Shown: piece after piece, positions 25,148-37,988 of the stretch
Numbering within the stretch: position 1 is the first letter of the stretch
Layout: every line of letters begins with the position of its first letter
DNA from: Catajapyx aquilonaris
Lineage: Eukaryota
Reading direction: 5' to 3'
NCBI GenBank assembly: GCA_000934665.2
Contig: JYFJ02001947.1
Location: 1 to 64,000, forward strand
DNA: 64,000 nucleotides
Notes under the pieces: model-generated
What the model was told of the DNA's origin: nothing
What the model saw: only the letters and a program-made list of their open reading frames with translations
Database searches by the model: none
Translations under genes and position numbers: made by a program

Positions 25148-25258
25148 TTTGCTGCCAATCCGGTTTCCCCTCGGGTGTGCGGGACATCTCTGGGGACAAG
25201 TAGTTGAAGCAGCTCTCTTGCGTGAAGCCCATTTGGCGGAGTTGGCGAATCTCCCAAT
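25148..25258 (-). CDS. Claudin/PMP-22 superfamily protein, coding exon 2 (end of extracellular loop 1 with second conserved Cys)
   Basis: Acceptor tcttctttcag|ATTGG and donor CAAA|gtaagt. 111 nt, phase 1 on both sides. Joins exon 1 in frame to give ...LCVNLE-DWEIRQLRQMGFTQESCFNYLSPEMSRTPEGKPDWQQ-R. Confidence 0.9.
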
Positions 25259-26033
25259 CTGAAAGAAGAGAGGTAGAGGAATGGAGCCACCAGCCTGTAG
25301 AAGCCATGCGGCAAACACTGTGTCATTCTCACCCAAACTACCCCTTCCTCCAACTCGGTGCCTATGTTTTATATCCGTCGACCTGGGATTTTCGGAAGCG
25401 TAAACCAAATTCCTGCAGCCTTGGGAAATATAAAGTTGCGCGAGTCGCCAAGTCCCGGAGTTGAGAGACCTTATTTCTCTAGGGACACATGTCATGGTTA
25501 CAACAGCCATATTGTCCACTATATCTGATTTAGAACAGATTGCTTCAAGCCTTGCTCTGCTTTCTCTCCTGTAATGTGTTACTATAGGCTTGTTGCTGGT
25601 TGCTCTTGGAGATAGAGGCGGCTAGGAAAACAGTTTATTGCCTGTAGCCAAACTGGCGAGGTTTGCATGGTGTGCGTTAAGACTGACAAAATGATGAGCA
25701 AATACGTACGATGCTGAATTTGCATTTCTATACTCTGTTTACTGTCTGATATACACACAGTAGTCACTGCATTACGTTGGACCAGTCTATTTCCTACTTC
25801 AGGGGTGATAGGTTCGTTATAACCGGCTTGGTGTGGGAGGCTAAAATGGGTGGCTTTCATGTGCCTACCGCCCATGGCAATTTCATTTGACTCGCAATCA
25901 TAGCTTTTGCCGTTATTCTTTGCAACTGCTATTTCTAATGCTATTATTGATATCTGTCCCGATCAATATAATTATGCAAGGTAAAGTAGGCCTACTTCCC
26001 TTTTTATGGCTGCATGTGTTATTTTGCTGATAG

Positions 26034-26436
26034 TTACTTGTTGGTAATAAATTGACGCTCCATTGGTCCTAACCGGACCAGATAATCTTTTCTGGGTCCC
26101 ATGACTGTCAGAGTATGGCAAATGCATGGAACTATCATCTGGTGAATTTGAGACCGGGTGGCGGTTGGCCCTTCCTCGGCAAATGTCAGGAACTGGATGA
26201 CAAGCCGTTCATCTTTTTTGGACATGATGTCAGGTGTGAACGGCGGGAAGCCATTTTGCTACAGCCCCTACTGTCACGTCATGGGCATAAACTCTTCCCG
26301 TCCTGAAGGCAGGAGACTGTCCAAATTCTGCCATACGCCACTTTTCCTTCTTTCCATTAAAGTAAAAAATGTGTAGCCATCCATTCACTAGGGCTTGGCA
26401 AAATATGGCGTGCAACAAAACTTATGTGACATCGTT
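26034..26436 (-). mobile_element. Decayed mariner 5' fragment
   Basis: MSKKDERLVIQFLTFAEEG...QIHQMI resembles the mariner N-terminal pattern xEQRxVIxFLxxEG...EIHxxM. A TIR-like aaacttatgtgacatcgtt lies at about 26418-26436. Confidence 0.5.
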
Positions 26437-26785
26437 TGACCTGTGTTGTATCAACTCAAACTCTAGAAAATCTATACTGCGAGCGACTGAGAGGCTATAA
26501 AAGGTCCAATAGGCAACGCCTGATCCCTCACAAACAACGACAACGACAAGGAAAACCTCTGATTATTATGCATTGTCAACACATGGATACATAATCGGAG
26601 AATTTCCATTCATTTGAGTTCACAAAACTGGTAGAAACTTGAATGAAATGATTTAAACGGTTCAGGTTTTCCCGGTTCTTCACGACTAAATTATTATCAT
26701 TATTAATGATAAAAAATAAGGGGGGGAAATGTGCATCTTGATCATGGTTGTAGAAGACTCAGGTTAGGTCACTCCCCACCCACTC

Positions 26786-27089
26786 CCTGCCGAGGGGTTT
26801 TGCAGTGGGTGCTCACCTGAGACCGCCACGAGACATTTCCCAGAGCATTTATGTGGCGACCCTACCGGACTAAGGCTGAACTTTACAGGTACGAAAGGGG
26901 AGGGCTACATTGGGGGGCCCAACCTGGCCGCCGGCGGCCATGTTGGGCCAGCATGTAGCGCTTCCCTTTCGTACCTGTAAAGTTCAGCCTTAGTCCGGTA
27001 GGGTCGCCACCTTGGTCGCCACATAAATGCTCTGGGAAATGTCTCGTGGCGGTCTCAGGTGAGCACCCGCTGCAAAACCCCTCGGCAGG
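26786..27089. repeat. 304-bp near-perfect inverted repeat (foldback) with essentially no spacer
   Basis: cctgccgaggggttttgcag...aaggctgaactttacaggtacgaaaggg...ggccgcc|ggcggcc...ccctttcgtacctgtaaagttcagcctt...ctgcaaaacccctcggcagg. The right arm carries an extra ~12-bp duplication. Confidence 0.92.
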
Positions 27090-28127
27090 TGATAAGCCCA
27101 GAAGATAGGGGTAGTGTCCGTGGGCTGATCTTGATGCAGCAGAAAAGTTCGGCCATTGGGCGTGTAAGTCACAGAAATGCGTGTGGGTGATGACCTAACA
27201 AATTATCGTATTTTATCGTGGTAAAATGTGACCTTCAACCATTCAAATGAGCTGTGGTGTTGGTCACTGACCACAAGTCATTGCCGAAAATGGACCGAGG
27301 CAAGCTCAAGATATTCATGCAGCCGTCTAGGAAAATCTGGTCACATACGGTATACGATAACTTGCCATTGCTAAACACCTGCAAGTTGCGAGGCCTACAG
27401 TACGAGACATAATAATCAACAGGTATACACTATAACACGTCAAGAGGTGCCTCCGATGATGAAATATTTTTCTATGAACGCGAATCTATCATTCCAACAT
27501 CCTAACTCCGGGTTACTGCGCTATACGTATATAATACGGATCTGGAGAAATACGTGAGGTTCGTAGAGATTCTGTAACGCGTCCCAAAATTTCATTGCAT
27601 AGTTGCCATCTCATTACATTTTTTCCTCACAAATATCACCATACATCAACATTTTACCACAAATAATGAACCACGAGGTAAAATCTGCAAAACTTAAGTG
27701 CAGCGTTTGAAGCCTATTTCCTCGCTGCTGCACGTGTACAGTTGAATCCAGTTGTAAGGATAAACCAGAATTACGACAGTACTTTCAGCGATTATGACGG
27801 GCTCAACGAGATGAAATTCGCTTTCTGGAGACCAAGCCGGATTTCGTCTCCATGCATCGCTACTCCTTTTAATTCACGCTGGAAGCGACTATGAATTATG
27901 CACATCGGCGTCTATTTTTAACGAGACCTATTTCCACAGCTGAAACAGTTTTACACTTTAAAAGGCGGATGCTTCCCAGCAATTCCGCTGGCAAGTCCAC
28001 CGCATGTACCCCATTTGTGTAATTTATATACTACGGAAAGTAATTTTCTCTCTCTCTTATTTGTAATCATTACTACAGTGATATCTGCATATAGCGGATT
28101 CTCTCAGTTCTGCGAATATTTTTCGTA

Positions 28128-28721
28128 CTGACAAGGGAAGGTCACGGGGTGATAATGGCGGATCTTGATGAAATTTAACATGCTAATACAGGACAATATA
28201 TGATACCCAAAAATGACATATTTCGTGCGGAGGCCCATATTTGCAAAAGTTACGACTTCTTAAAGTCCCAAAAATAATACATTTTCATTCATAATGGGAT
28301 TACATTAGCGACCACATATAATGACATTGAAGTGTGTAATCAGTTTCTACACTTTTTCTCATCGGAAAAAAGTCCTACAGAACGGCTCTGTCCGTCCGTC
28401 CGTCTGTGGACAGGTATCAAGGCCTAAACCGTAAGAGATACAGAGCCGTTATGTAGGACTTTTTTCCGATGAGACAAAGTGTAGAAACTGATTACACACT
28501 TCAATGTGGTCTTATATGTAGTCGCTCGTAGTCGCTAATGTAATCCCATTATGAACTCAATGAAAATGTTTTTTTTTAACTTTAAGACGTCATAACTTTT
28601 GCAAATATGGCCCTCCGCATGAAATATTTCATTTTTGGGTATCATAATTATATTGTCCTGTATTAGCATGCTAAATTTCATCAAGATCCGTCATTATCAC
28701 CCTGTGACCTTCCCTTGTGAG
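28128..28721. mobile_element. ~594-bp foldback MITE with TA flanks
   Basis: Arms of about 260 bp (ctgacaagggaaggtcac... / ...gtgaccttcccttgtgag) around a ~45-bp spacer containing (CCGT)n. TA at 28126-28127 and 28722-28723. Confidence 0.9.
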
Positions 28722-29037
28722 TACGGTAAGTTTCCGTTATAATATATTGAAAACCCTGGTGGGGACGAAGAAAAATTCCATTATGGACAGGTTTATGCTG
28801 CATACACTCCTATAAGCGGGTACCTCTTAATGTATACAGTATCTCTTACACTCCCGTACCTCTTATACAGTATATGGGCAGGTACAGGAGGATATTTATT
28901 ATGAGGTAGGCCTACTGGTTCTGTGCAGTTGTATGAGCTTTTCAGGAGCTACTGTGAACTGTACAGTACAAATCAGATTGCTATGACTATATTTGTTACT
29001 GTCAATGTAACGGCTGCACCCCCTATTTCATCTTATG

Positions 29038-29714
29038 AAAGGACCTGTTCAAAGTTATCCTGACAGAGAAAGGCAACCCGCATATCCCAATGATTCGTGT
29101 CTTTAGATTGGAGCAGATCACTGAAACTTGGCAACGCAGGGGAGTTGGATCAAAATGTTGCTGTCAAGTCACTCTAATATATGTCATTCAATGGAAGAAT
29201 GCTTCTAACGGGTGACCTTCAACAGTTTGGAGAAAGAGTTCGGCCTTGCTTTGCCAACGAACGCCATCTTGAGTCCACCCCTCTCTCTCCTCTCTCTCTT
29301 TTAGGGGAGAGTGAGAGAGAGGAGAGGGACTGAGGGAGAGATACGCGATTGGGCAAACGCGTGATATCTTGATTGGACTTGCATTTCGCATGATTGACAC
29401 CACGGATTGACACTCTCGCGAGGCATTTGTCCAACGCTATTATTCTTACAACATTTTTACGGTGTAAAAACCACAAGTTGTCGTTGGCGCAACTGGACAT
29501 TATGATATGGTGCCCCATGTGGCAGCATATTTTGAATACTACCAAGGCCACCAGATAGCAACACCTACCACATCAAAGATACAGTGAGTGGCGAACACAG
29601 CGGGGTTTAGCGTACAACTAGGTGCATAGAATATGCACTACATGATGAGCCTAATTTTTGTCGTTTGGGTTGTGGCTTGTGGGGCTACTCAGAGTAACCT
29701 TGAACAGGTCCTTT
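29038..29714 (+). mobile_element. MITE, copy 1 of a family also present at 59121
   Basis: TIRs AAAGGACCTGTTCA / TGAACAGGTCCTTT. The body closely matches 59121-59771 over most of its length. Internal (CT)n/(AG)n tract. Confidence 0.85.
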
Positions 29715-32700
29715 ATTGACAACTGCCTAGAAACTATATCCTCCCCTCCCCACCTCTACACATAAAACTTGGGAGAGTTTCTTGGATTTCTGCGATGATT
29801 TCTGATATCACATCGTTTCCCATTGAAGTTGGTCAACGTTTTCAATCTGCAGGGTGTCTCAAAATTCAGCTCAGATCATTATCGGAGGAAACGTCCAGGA
29901 CCTCTCGCTTATCAGCTGGCTACCTGTTTGGAAAGTGGACATGCTGTTGGCTGATAATGGTACGTATTTTTCAATATGACATTCGCTCCTGCCTGCCTGC
30001 CGAGAAGCTATAGTGGCAGTTCTCGACATTTTTGCCGATACAGATCTGAGCTGACTTTTTGAATACCCTGCACAACGGGATGGTGCCAAGTACTGTACCA
30101 CATTCTGAAAAAACTACTACACAAGTACTTAGCAATCGATGTACTAGTCAACGCGAGAGATAGGACAGCAGTCATGACCAATATTTATTTTCTTGGCAAC
30201 TTCAGGACATTCAAAAAATCCATTGTAACAGCCTTGTACTGTATACTATCAGTGATGGTGAATCAGATAGCGAAATATTCGCTCCCTTCATGACTGACGG
30301 CTTTAAATAATGTGCAGCAAGTGATTAGGCTGTCAACTCTTATGCCTGCATTAGCGAATGACCTCAATAAGGCTATCTGGGTAGTTGATCAAGAGGCTTG
30401 CGATGTGGAAGTCAATGGTTACCATAGGCTCGATTTTATAGGTCGATGGCCGCTAACATGACTTCATCACCTCAGCCATGAACTGCATTGCTTTGCATAT
30501 TCTCAGCCATGTGGGGTACAGTACATCAAGTTACAGACTAGGATTAGCATACTCAGGCGACGTCTAGTTAATTCACTTCGCAAAACTACGTAACTAATGG
30601 ATATCATTATTACATAGTTCATTCAAATTACAAAGTAATAGAATTATAGTACAGCCAGAAATTCTGGGGAAGTTGCAGATAAGTAGCCTTGAACACTCAT
30701 GACCTGAACCTGGTTGACAATATTGCATAAAAAACTATTTATGGCTCTTTTCCACTTGGTTAGCAAAGCATGTTTCGAGGCGATGTTTTCATTGAAAGCT
30801 ATTTTATGTGGATATAAGGTGGACAAGCACGAAAGGATGCGCTAGGAAAAAAGGTCGAATCGCAAAGGCGCATCCGCTGCATTCCAGATGAGTTCGGGGA
30901 AGTTTGTATTATCGATTTTACTCGGGAATTCATTCCTAAAACTATCAAACTTATATTGTAGCGGGAAGAGATTAAGGCGCTGCTCAGCCTTCATGTTTCA
31001 GCTTAAAATAAACCTCAACGTGCGTTAAGAGGTCTGAGTGATTTTCTTGTATGACAATACAATATGAGGCCTAAGGTTTCACCAGTGCAGTGGCAGCCAT
31101 GCAGATTATATCAGAACACGAATAGTGATGAAAAGAAAACTAGATCTGTACAAATCTGATGCTGAATAAGCTACTAATAATGTCTCATTTGCATTGCTGA
31201 AGAAGATACAATGTGACAAAATAACAGTATCTGCACCAGCACGATGGTACTGTACAACATTTCAAGGATAGAACGAATTTAGATCTCGCCGAATTGACTA
31301 TAACTTACATCTCTGCGGAAGCGTGCGGTCTGCTCCATAATAAATCAATAACTTAGTATTTTACTGTTCTGAAGGTAATCCCCGTTTTCGCTGGCCAGGC
31401 ACTACCATCGCTGCAGATTGCCAAAATCTCCCAGAATTATTGTTTTTGCTGCAACACTTTTTGCAATTAGCTGCAAAGTAAGAAAGTAGGGTGGCTCCTA
31501 AATCTGTCCAACACGACCCATAACAAACAGGGGTACGGCCTACATAATATCCACAGTTTACTCACGTCCCAGATAGGGCAATTATTTCACTTACATTGAA
31601 ATAACAGAACATTGTTCAGGAATATAATTCCAAGTTGCACTTCATTAATAATAACACCACACTTCACATAGTAAAATAGAATATTATCTAGTCCTTGGCA
31701 GTATTATTTAACACCAAGATTGCTGCCGCGAGATCCATGATGGGAGCCTATATAATCACGAAATGTGAATAGCGTAAGTCAAGTATAAGAAACGATTTTA
31801 AGAATAGTGTCATTATGGTTCATTTACAATTTACAGATGACAAGAACGTTTTCCTTATTAATTTTTCAAATGTACAGTACTTCCACAACTTTGAAATACG
31901 AGTGTTAAGATTTTAGTATTTGCACTGGCATCTTCATGAATGACATCCATCGTTTCATGCAAATATTTTCATTTTCTGGTCATTGATATCAGTTTTAAGC
32001 CACCTCGCACCTGCTGGAAAATGTCCATAAAATTTCAAATTTATTGGTAACTATTAAAACCTCAATGCCATGTGGAACTGTGATATTGTTAAAAATGCAT
32101 TATAATATGTGCCGGTAAAGTTATTGATAATAATTAACAGTTTCCGTAATGCGCGACTGTAATGTACAAGATAGTGTAAATTTCCATGAGTGGGAAGTAA
32201 TAACAGAGTGATTATGCAGTCTGCATCTGCAGAGTCCCCCGGGAAACTCAACTCGGAATAATATTTTTCTCTCTGAGACCGAGTGGCTTTTCACTACACA
32301 GCCCGGCGAACCTCAATTATTCAGGGGGCCTATCCATGAATGGACGTTGTCGCCGCTAGACTCGCAGGAATAAAAATAAATGTAGTCCATTTTCTCTCTC
32401 ATTTATTTATCCTAGGTATTCTTCGAAACTTTTCAGAAACAGTAGTAATTTTGGGTTCTGACTGGGTCCATAGCCTTATGCAGTGTTAGGCCTACAGATC
32501 GGATAGGTTACCCTGATTTACCACTACGTATGATGAATGATGATATATTTTTAAACACCTACATAAGAAGCGGCTCTTTTATAAGTTTTTATATTCTGAA
32601 AGACAGCTTCATTATGGGGAGAACAACATGTTGATACCTATGATGACGACAAATAATATCCTCCCAGTTAGGCAACCCCCATATCACGGAGAGTTGGGGG

Positions 32701-35700
32701 ATGGCTTAACAGGCAGGATATAGCCTCTTATTATTTATACGCGTTTGTCACAAAACAAAAATTATTAACATCCCCGTAATGAATCAAAAAACTTCACAAC
32801 CGACTAGGGAAATTGAATCTTGGAATATTTCAAGGAACTTAAGCTTGACAAAAATTGCGAACCTTTCATTTCAATACTCTGTATAACTTGAAAGAGAAAA
32901 AAAACTATATTTGTGGCCCTTTTCGAGTTGAGCTGGATATTCCCAGTAGGTATTTGTCCCTCAAGGCGCGACAGTGAATCAAAAGCTAAACCTGAGTGTC
33001 GATTCGAGAACGTGCCAACTTCGCAGGTGTCACGGGGAAAGTTTTCCGTTATATCCAGTTCCAGGGTTTCCAGAGGCGTTTCTATAGTAATTTCGAGTCG
33101 GTTGCATGGAAGCATATTAAATCAACACAGAGAAAAGAGATCTCTAAAAACGAGATTTCCGCAAATTATGGTCCCAATCATTCACCGAAATGTCCAGTTA
33201 AGAAATGACTTATTCCAGGGTAGTGCAAAGTAGAAATTGGCTTGAAACTCTTTGATAATAATAACAATTATATCTTGTGTAAAAACTGGATTTACGGAGA
33301 TGTAATACGAAGCCTTATGGCTTTATTGCAACAAAACAAAATCTACGTTCATCTTGCCTATGCACTGGAGCAAACTCCTAAATTCTGCAATATTCTGTGC
33401 ATTCAGAGTTTCATCGATTTATTCTGCTTTTGATGACACAAAGTGCACTTATGTATCAGCTGGTTTTCATCAGAGAGAATTTTGTTTCATGTTTCGGAAG
33501 AAGGTAGAGGATTGGACGAATTCCAAACAGCGCGCAGTGGTTGGAAGAACGGAAAGATGGTCGGGAAGGTCGAAAAAGAACGACGTAGAGAAACGATTTT
33601 CCTTCTGTACTATTAGCCACGCGTCAAATGTTCTCTGACATGACACGGAAGTAAAAAAAAGAAAGAAAATGCCTTGAATGGAATATACCCTTTTGATGTA
33701 ATGGCAATTCATCATGCAAGACTGAAAGGGTTGCTTATTTTAAATTCAGCTTGCTGTCGCAGCTACCAGATAAAAAAATTAGCAACTGAGACTTCCGAGA
33801 AGGAAGTCAGGCAGGTATTTTGTCATTTTTGCAAAAACTCCGCCCTTCGGTTGAATATATTACCATGGAACGTATCTAATCTTTCTCCAAGCTGAAGATA
33901 TAGTCACGGCACAGTAAACACAATTACCCATCATTCCCATTGTAATAACACGTGCCTGCTGGAGCTATTACGTAGGGGTTATAAAGATCATCACACCAAT
34001 AAATTTATACTGCGCTCACCTAGCACAGAATACCTTATTTTGTACTATTATAACCCTTCGATTTTTTCTCTCACAGAGTCGATAATTACATGAATTTACC
34101 ATGGTGCATTTTTAGAGCTCGTAGTAACTTTGCACCTTTCGTGCGATTTTGTTCCATTAAGTCAAGTTCCCACGAGTACTATTTGGCAAGACAGCAAAAT
34201 CGGGTTTGAAAAGTAGTACGAGGACTGCAGCGGGCTCAAGCTCTCCGAACTAAAGGGCAAAGAGCATTATGAGGAAATACAAGGAAGGTGAACGCTGTAG
34301 AAAATATTCTCTCAATTATTCTCTTTTGCTCACTCTCCAAGTTGGTTCATTAAGAATTAACCAAATGTCGGTAGAAGACTAGGGCAAATAATAGGTCTCT
34401 CCTTATTGCAACTTTGACATTCATTAGCAATTTCTCAACCCTTAACAAATCTTGGCTGCAAAGTCAGCCAGAGCCCATAAATATGGAAGACGCTCTAACT
34501 AGCACAGTCATTTGAACTTTACAACAATGTCGTCAGCTTAGGTTTGCAAAAACCAAGCAGATTAAGCAACTCGATTCCAATCCAAACGCTAGTTAAGTGC
34601 AGCAAGTAACCATTATGTGGATGAAAGAGAGTGGCTGAAGAGTAGGCCTACGACAGATCTCTATCGCATTTCTAAGACATCATGCGTGGAGGAAAATCCT
34701 GCCCTTTTCACATCCAGGGACTTCTGCAACGCAGCGTAGGAGTAGGCTGGGGATTTGTTGAGCGAGAGGAGAAACAGAGAGAGAATGTAGAGTGCACAGA
34801 AATATTACTTTTAAAACAATATTCATCTTATTGCGCTTCATTCTACAATAACATGCTCGAGGAGTAACTCAACTGTTCAAAAATTGTGACAAGAGTTGAT
34901 GATCCGAGTACTGTGTACAAAAGCTGGCATAGAGATTTTCTTTTATGGAAATAATCATGGCCAAATATGCATTTTGCAAATATTTTCAGATAAGTACCAG
35001 GAAAAGGCCAACTATAAACCCTGCCACGAAATACAACCGCATCCACGGCGGAAATTGGAGAATCAAACATACCCCCTAGTCTTTCCAATTGGCTGATGTA
35101 TTTTTAAAAAGCGAAAACCCTCTCCACTAAAAAAAAGCCCCGAAGCAGAACTTTTAATGACGCTTTAATTGAGTCGGACAATGAACGTGAGTCCCAATAC
35201 TACACAGCAGCCGATCCGTTACCCGGAAGGGTTTGCATCAAAGTAATTGCCCCCGGGCCTAAGGTAAATTGTGTGCCATAGCTTCTAGACAAGATAATGA
35301 GTTTTTGGAGGAATTACTGAGAGGGGGTGTGGGGAGTAGAAAGCGTCTGGCCGTAGAAAAGCCAGAGAGCCTTTCCTAACACTTTCACAGAGAGCAGGGG
35401 ATCGATTTCCACTTTTATACAATCGCTTTGCGTGAGGTTCCCATCCAAGTCCGAAATCCTCACATTTCGTTCTAGGGTCACATTTCCAAGTTTGCACAGT
35501 CTTTTGCTAAAGGTATCTCCAGCTTCTGTCAGGCTCAGTAGGCCTACTGTATAGGGAAAAATGTTGAGACTGGCTGTCGAGTTGATCTGAATTTACATGA
35601 AAATATTATGTGCAAAGAAGTGGCAAAAATGGTGTGGGGCATGCATATAGTGGTGTGCAACACTGGTCAATCCATCTTTCAAAAAAGGTGATGGCATCTG

Positions 35701-36914
35701 CGATGTTAAGGAGGCAAGAAAGAGGGACTGAAAATATGAACATGTACCGGTAGTCTACCGGTTGAAAATTTTCTAGTACAGTACCGGTACTTCCTTATGT
35801 TTAAAATTTAACATACCGGTACCTGTATTTGCAACTGTTCATAATTTTTGTGCTTTATGGGTTTTACTTATTCAGAACGCAGAGTTTAATATTATGTCTC
35901 TATCAACTGAGGTCAAAAAAGAGGGTTACCAACAACGTAAAAAAAAGTTGTGGATATGAGGGTACATGTATATACGTATAAAATATTGGCTCGCTTACAG
36001 TCATGAAACTATATACGGTCGGTAACTAATGTAATTAGGGACCCCAAGATGTTTTGCGATTCTCGTTGCAATGTAAACAACTTCAACGTGCGACAACTCA
36101 CAGTATATCGTTGGAGAAAAGAGTCTGACTTTTAAAGGAGCTCTACCAGGATCGTTTTTTCCTTGAACAACCACAGTTTTTATTGGATGTTGTTCCTTAT
36201 CATGTTAAGAGGAAAAAGTAAAATCCTGTTTTGTCCTATCTATTCAGATATTGCAGAACTCCGCATTGGCAATTCGTAATTTTACCATTTTTGAAATTTA
36301 AAATTGCCAGAGAAGATGCCAGAAACCTGGAATATTTTTGTAACATTTTTATGGTAAAGATGGAAGACAGCTAATATATTTTTAACGTTTCCATTTGTTC
36401 ACCACAACTGGATTGATATAAATTAATATTTCCACATGAGATGATGAGACCTGTGTATCAAGTGTCGCAAAATTACCGTATTTATTTTTATTAAACACAA
36501 CTGTTACCAAAAATCTGCAATTTTAAAATTGGGCCTTATTTAACAGTGCTGCAAAAATTAAATTCAAATTATTCCAGCTTACTGGCAACTCCTCTGTCCC
36601 CACGGGGAAAAGTTCACGTTATATCCGGCTCGACTTTAAAACTCTGCAGAAATTTTCTAATTTTCTCGAAGGATGCAAGACGGCGCCGATGTGTCACCGT
36701 AACAATTTTGAAAACTTTGAATGCTAGATTGCAGTTCCACCTGCAAATGTTGCTCCGTGCGGGCGGCTCCTATATATCATACAGTATTTTCAGTCAAGTC
36801 AAAATTCGAGTACTGCGCGATCTCATTTAGGATCACATATTCTGAACGTGACATGAAAACCTTCAAGTAGCCTATATGAAGTATAACAAAAGTCCTAATA
36901 CACCTATAAATGTA

Positions 36915-37560
36915 CAGGGTGATCGAAAAAGAATGTCCCTATTTTAAAACCCTATGACTCGAAAACTTGTAGACATATTATCTTACCTTAGTTTGGGGGG
37001 AGACGGAGTGGCGCCGCGGTAACGTGCGCGCCCACGGATGTTAAGGTCCCGGGTTCGATCCCAGCCCGGGGACACCCCCTTCATCTCGTGCAGAGTTCTG
37101 GGGTCGTCTCTGGCTTCGTCTCGGGTGGTATATCCACAGACTAAACCACCCGGGGGAGTTCACAAAACGACCAAGCACCGTTACTGCACTGCACTTGCAC
37201 ATCCCCTCCGGTCATCTTGCCCGTGGGCCCGGGCGCTTCGAATATGGCACCATGTATACTTCGATTGAAATAAAGGTCCGTGCAAATACCCTCTGGGTGA
37301 GCACTAACCCAACAATTAATTAAAAATAATAAGTCTTGAATGAGAAGTTCCCCAACGCCTAGCGCCCTCCCCACTTCCCCAGAAGCCCACATCTGACCCC
37401 TATTGACTTTTTTGTGGAGATACATGTATGGCGAAAAGATCCGGCATCTCCAGAACCTACAGGAAAAGATTGCAACGGTAATGCCAGCCATGTCTGAGCG
37501 GGTTGGGCACGACACTGATTATGAATAACAGCTCTTTATGCAGTGTGTTCCAATTGAGGT
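36915..37560 (+). mobile_element. Internally deleted Tc1/mariner-superfamily relic interrupted by a SINE
   Basis: Left end ta|cagggtgatcgaaaaagaatg. After the SINE, 37375-37490 reads PRSPHLTPIDFLWRYMYGEKIRHLQNLQEKI, matching the WPPRSPDLTPLDFFLWG transposase motif. Confidence 0.7.
36995..37311 (+). mobile_element. tRNA-derived SINE family A, tail type 1
   Basis: A box TGGCGCCGCGG and canonical B box GGTTCGATCCC. Colinear with 4670-4987, including the tail aaataaaggtccgtgc...gggtgagcacta. No clear TSD. Confidence 0.9.
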
Positions 37561-37894
37561 GTATGTTTCAGTTAGCAACATTCGGAACTAAGGTAGGCTA
37601 CGCGTAGGCCTACTTATTATCCAGCAGTTAGTTTTAGAAGTTGTTTTGAAAAATATAAACTGCTAAATTAGGTGGAACAGTAGCATAATTTTAAATTAAT
37701 GGAAGTACGAGCGTATCTCTCCTGCACAAGTTGAGTTCAACCAAATGGGTTCAACTATTGACATGGCAGATGTCAATGGATTAGGCTACTCGAAATTACT
37801 GAAACTTTAAAGTTCATTGCAAATTTACGGTAGGCCTACAGTTTACACAATAATTACGATCTTAATTCGACCTAATACCGGTACGATAAAAGAA

Positions 37895-37930
<36 letters not shown>

Positions 37931-37988
37931 GTTGTTGTTGTTGTTGTTGTTGTTGTTATCATTATCATTATTAATATTATTATTATTA
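37895..37988. repeat. Compound microsatellite (ATT)n(GTT)n(ATY)n
   Basis: Read directly from the sequence. Confidence 0.95.

Noticed and set aside
25070..25519. 149-aa minus-strand ORF over exon 2
   Set aside because: It is in the wrong frame. The true exon is in the frame of ORF 25101-25307 and is delimited by splice sites.
34630..34670. Minimal hammerhead-like CTGAAGA-gtaggcctac-GACA
   Set aside because: GAAA is replaced by GACA, stem I does not pair, and the apparent stem II is just the abundant TAGGCCTA palindrome.
35320..35380. MetaSINE-like motif (aaagcgtctggccgtagaaaa)
   Set aside because: Too short and diverged to call without a profile search.
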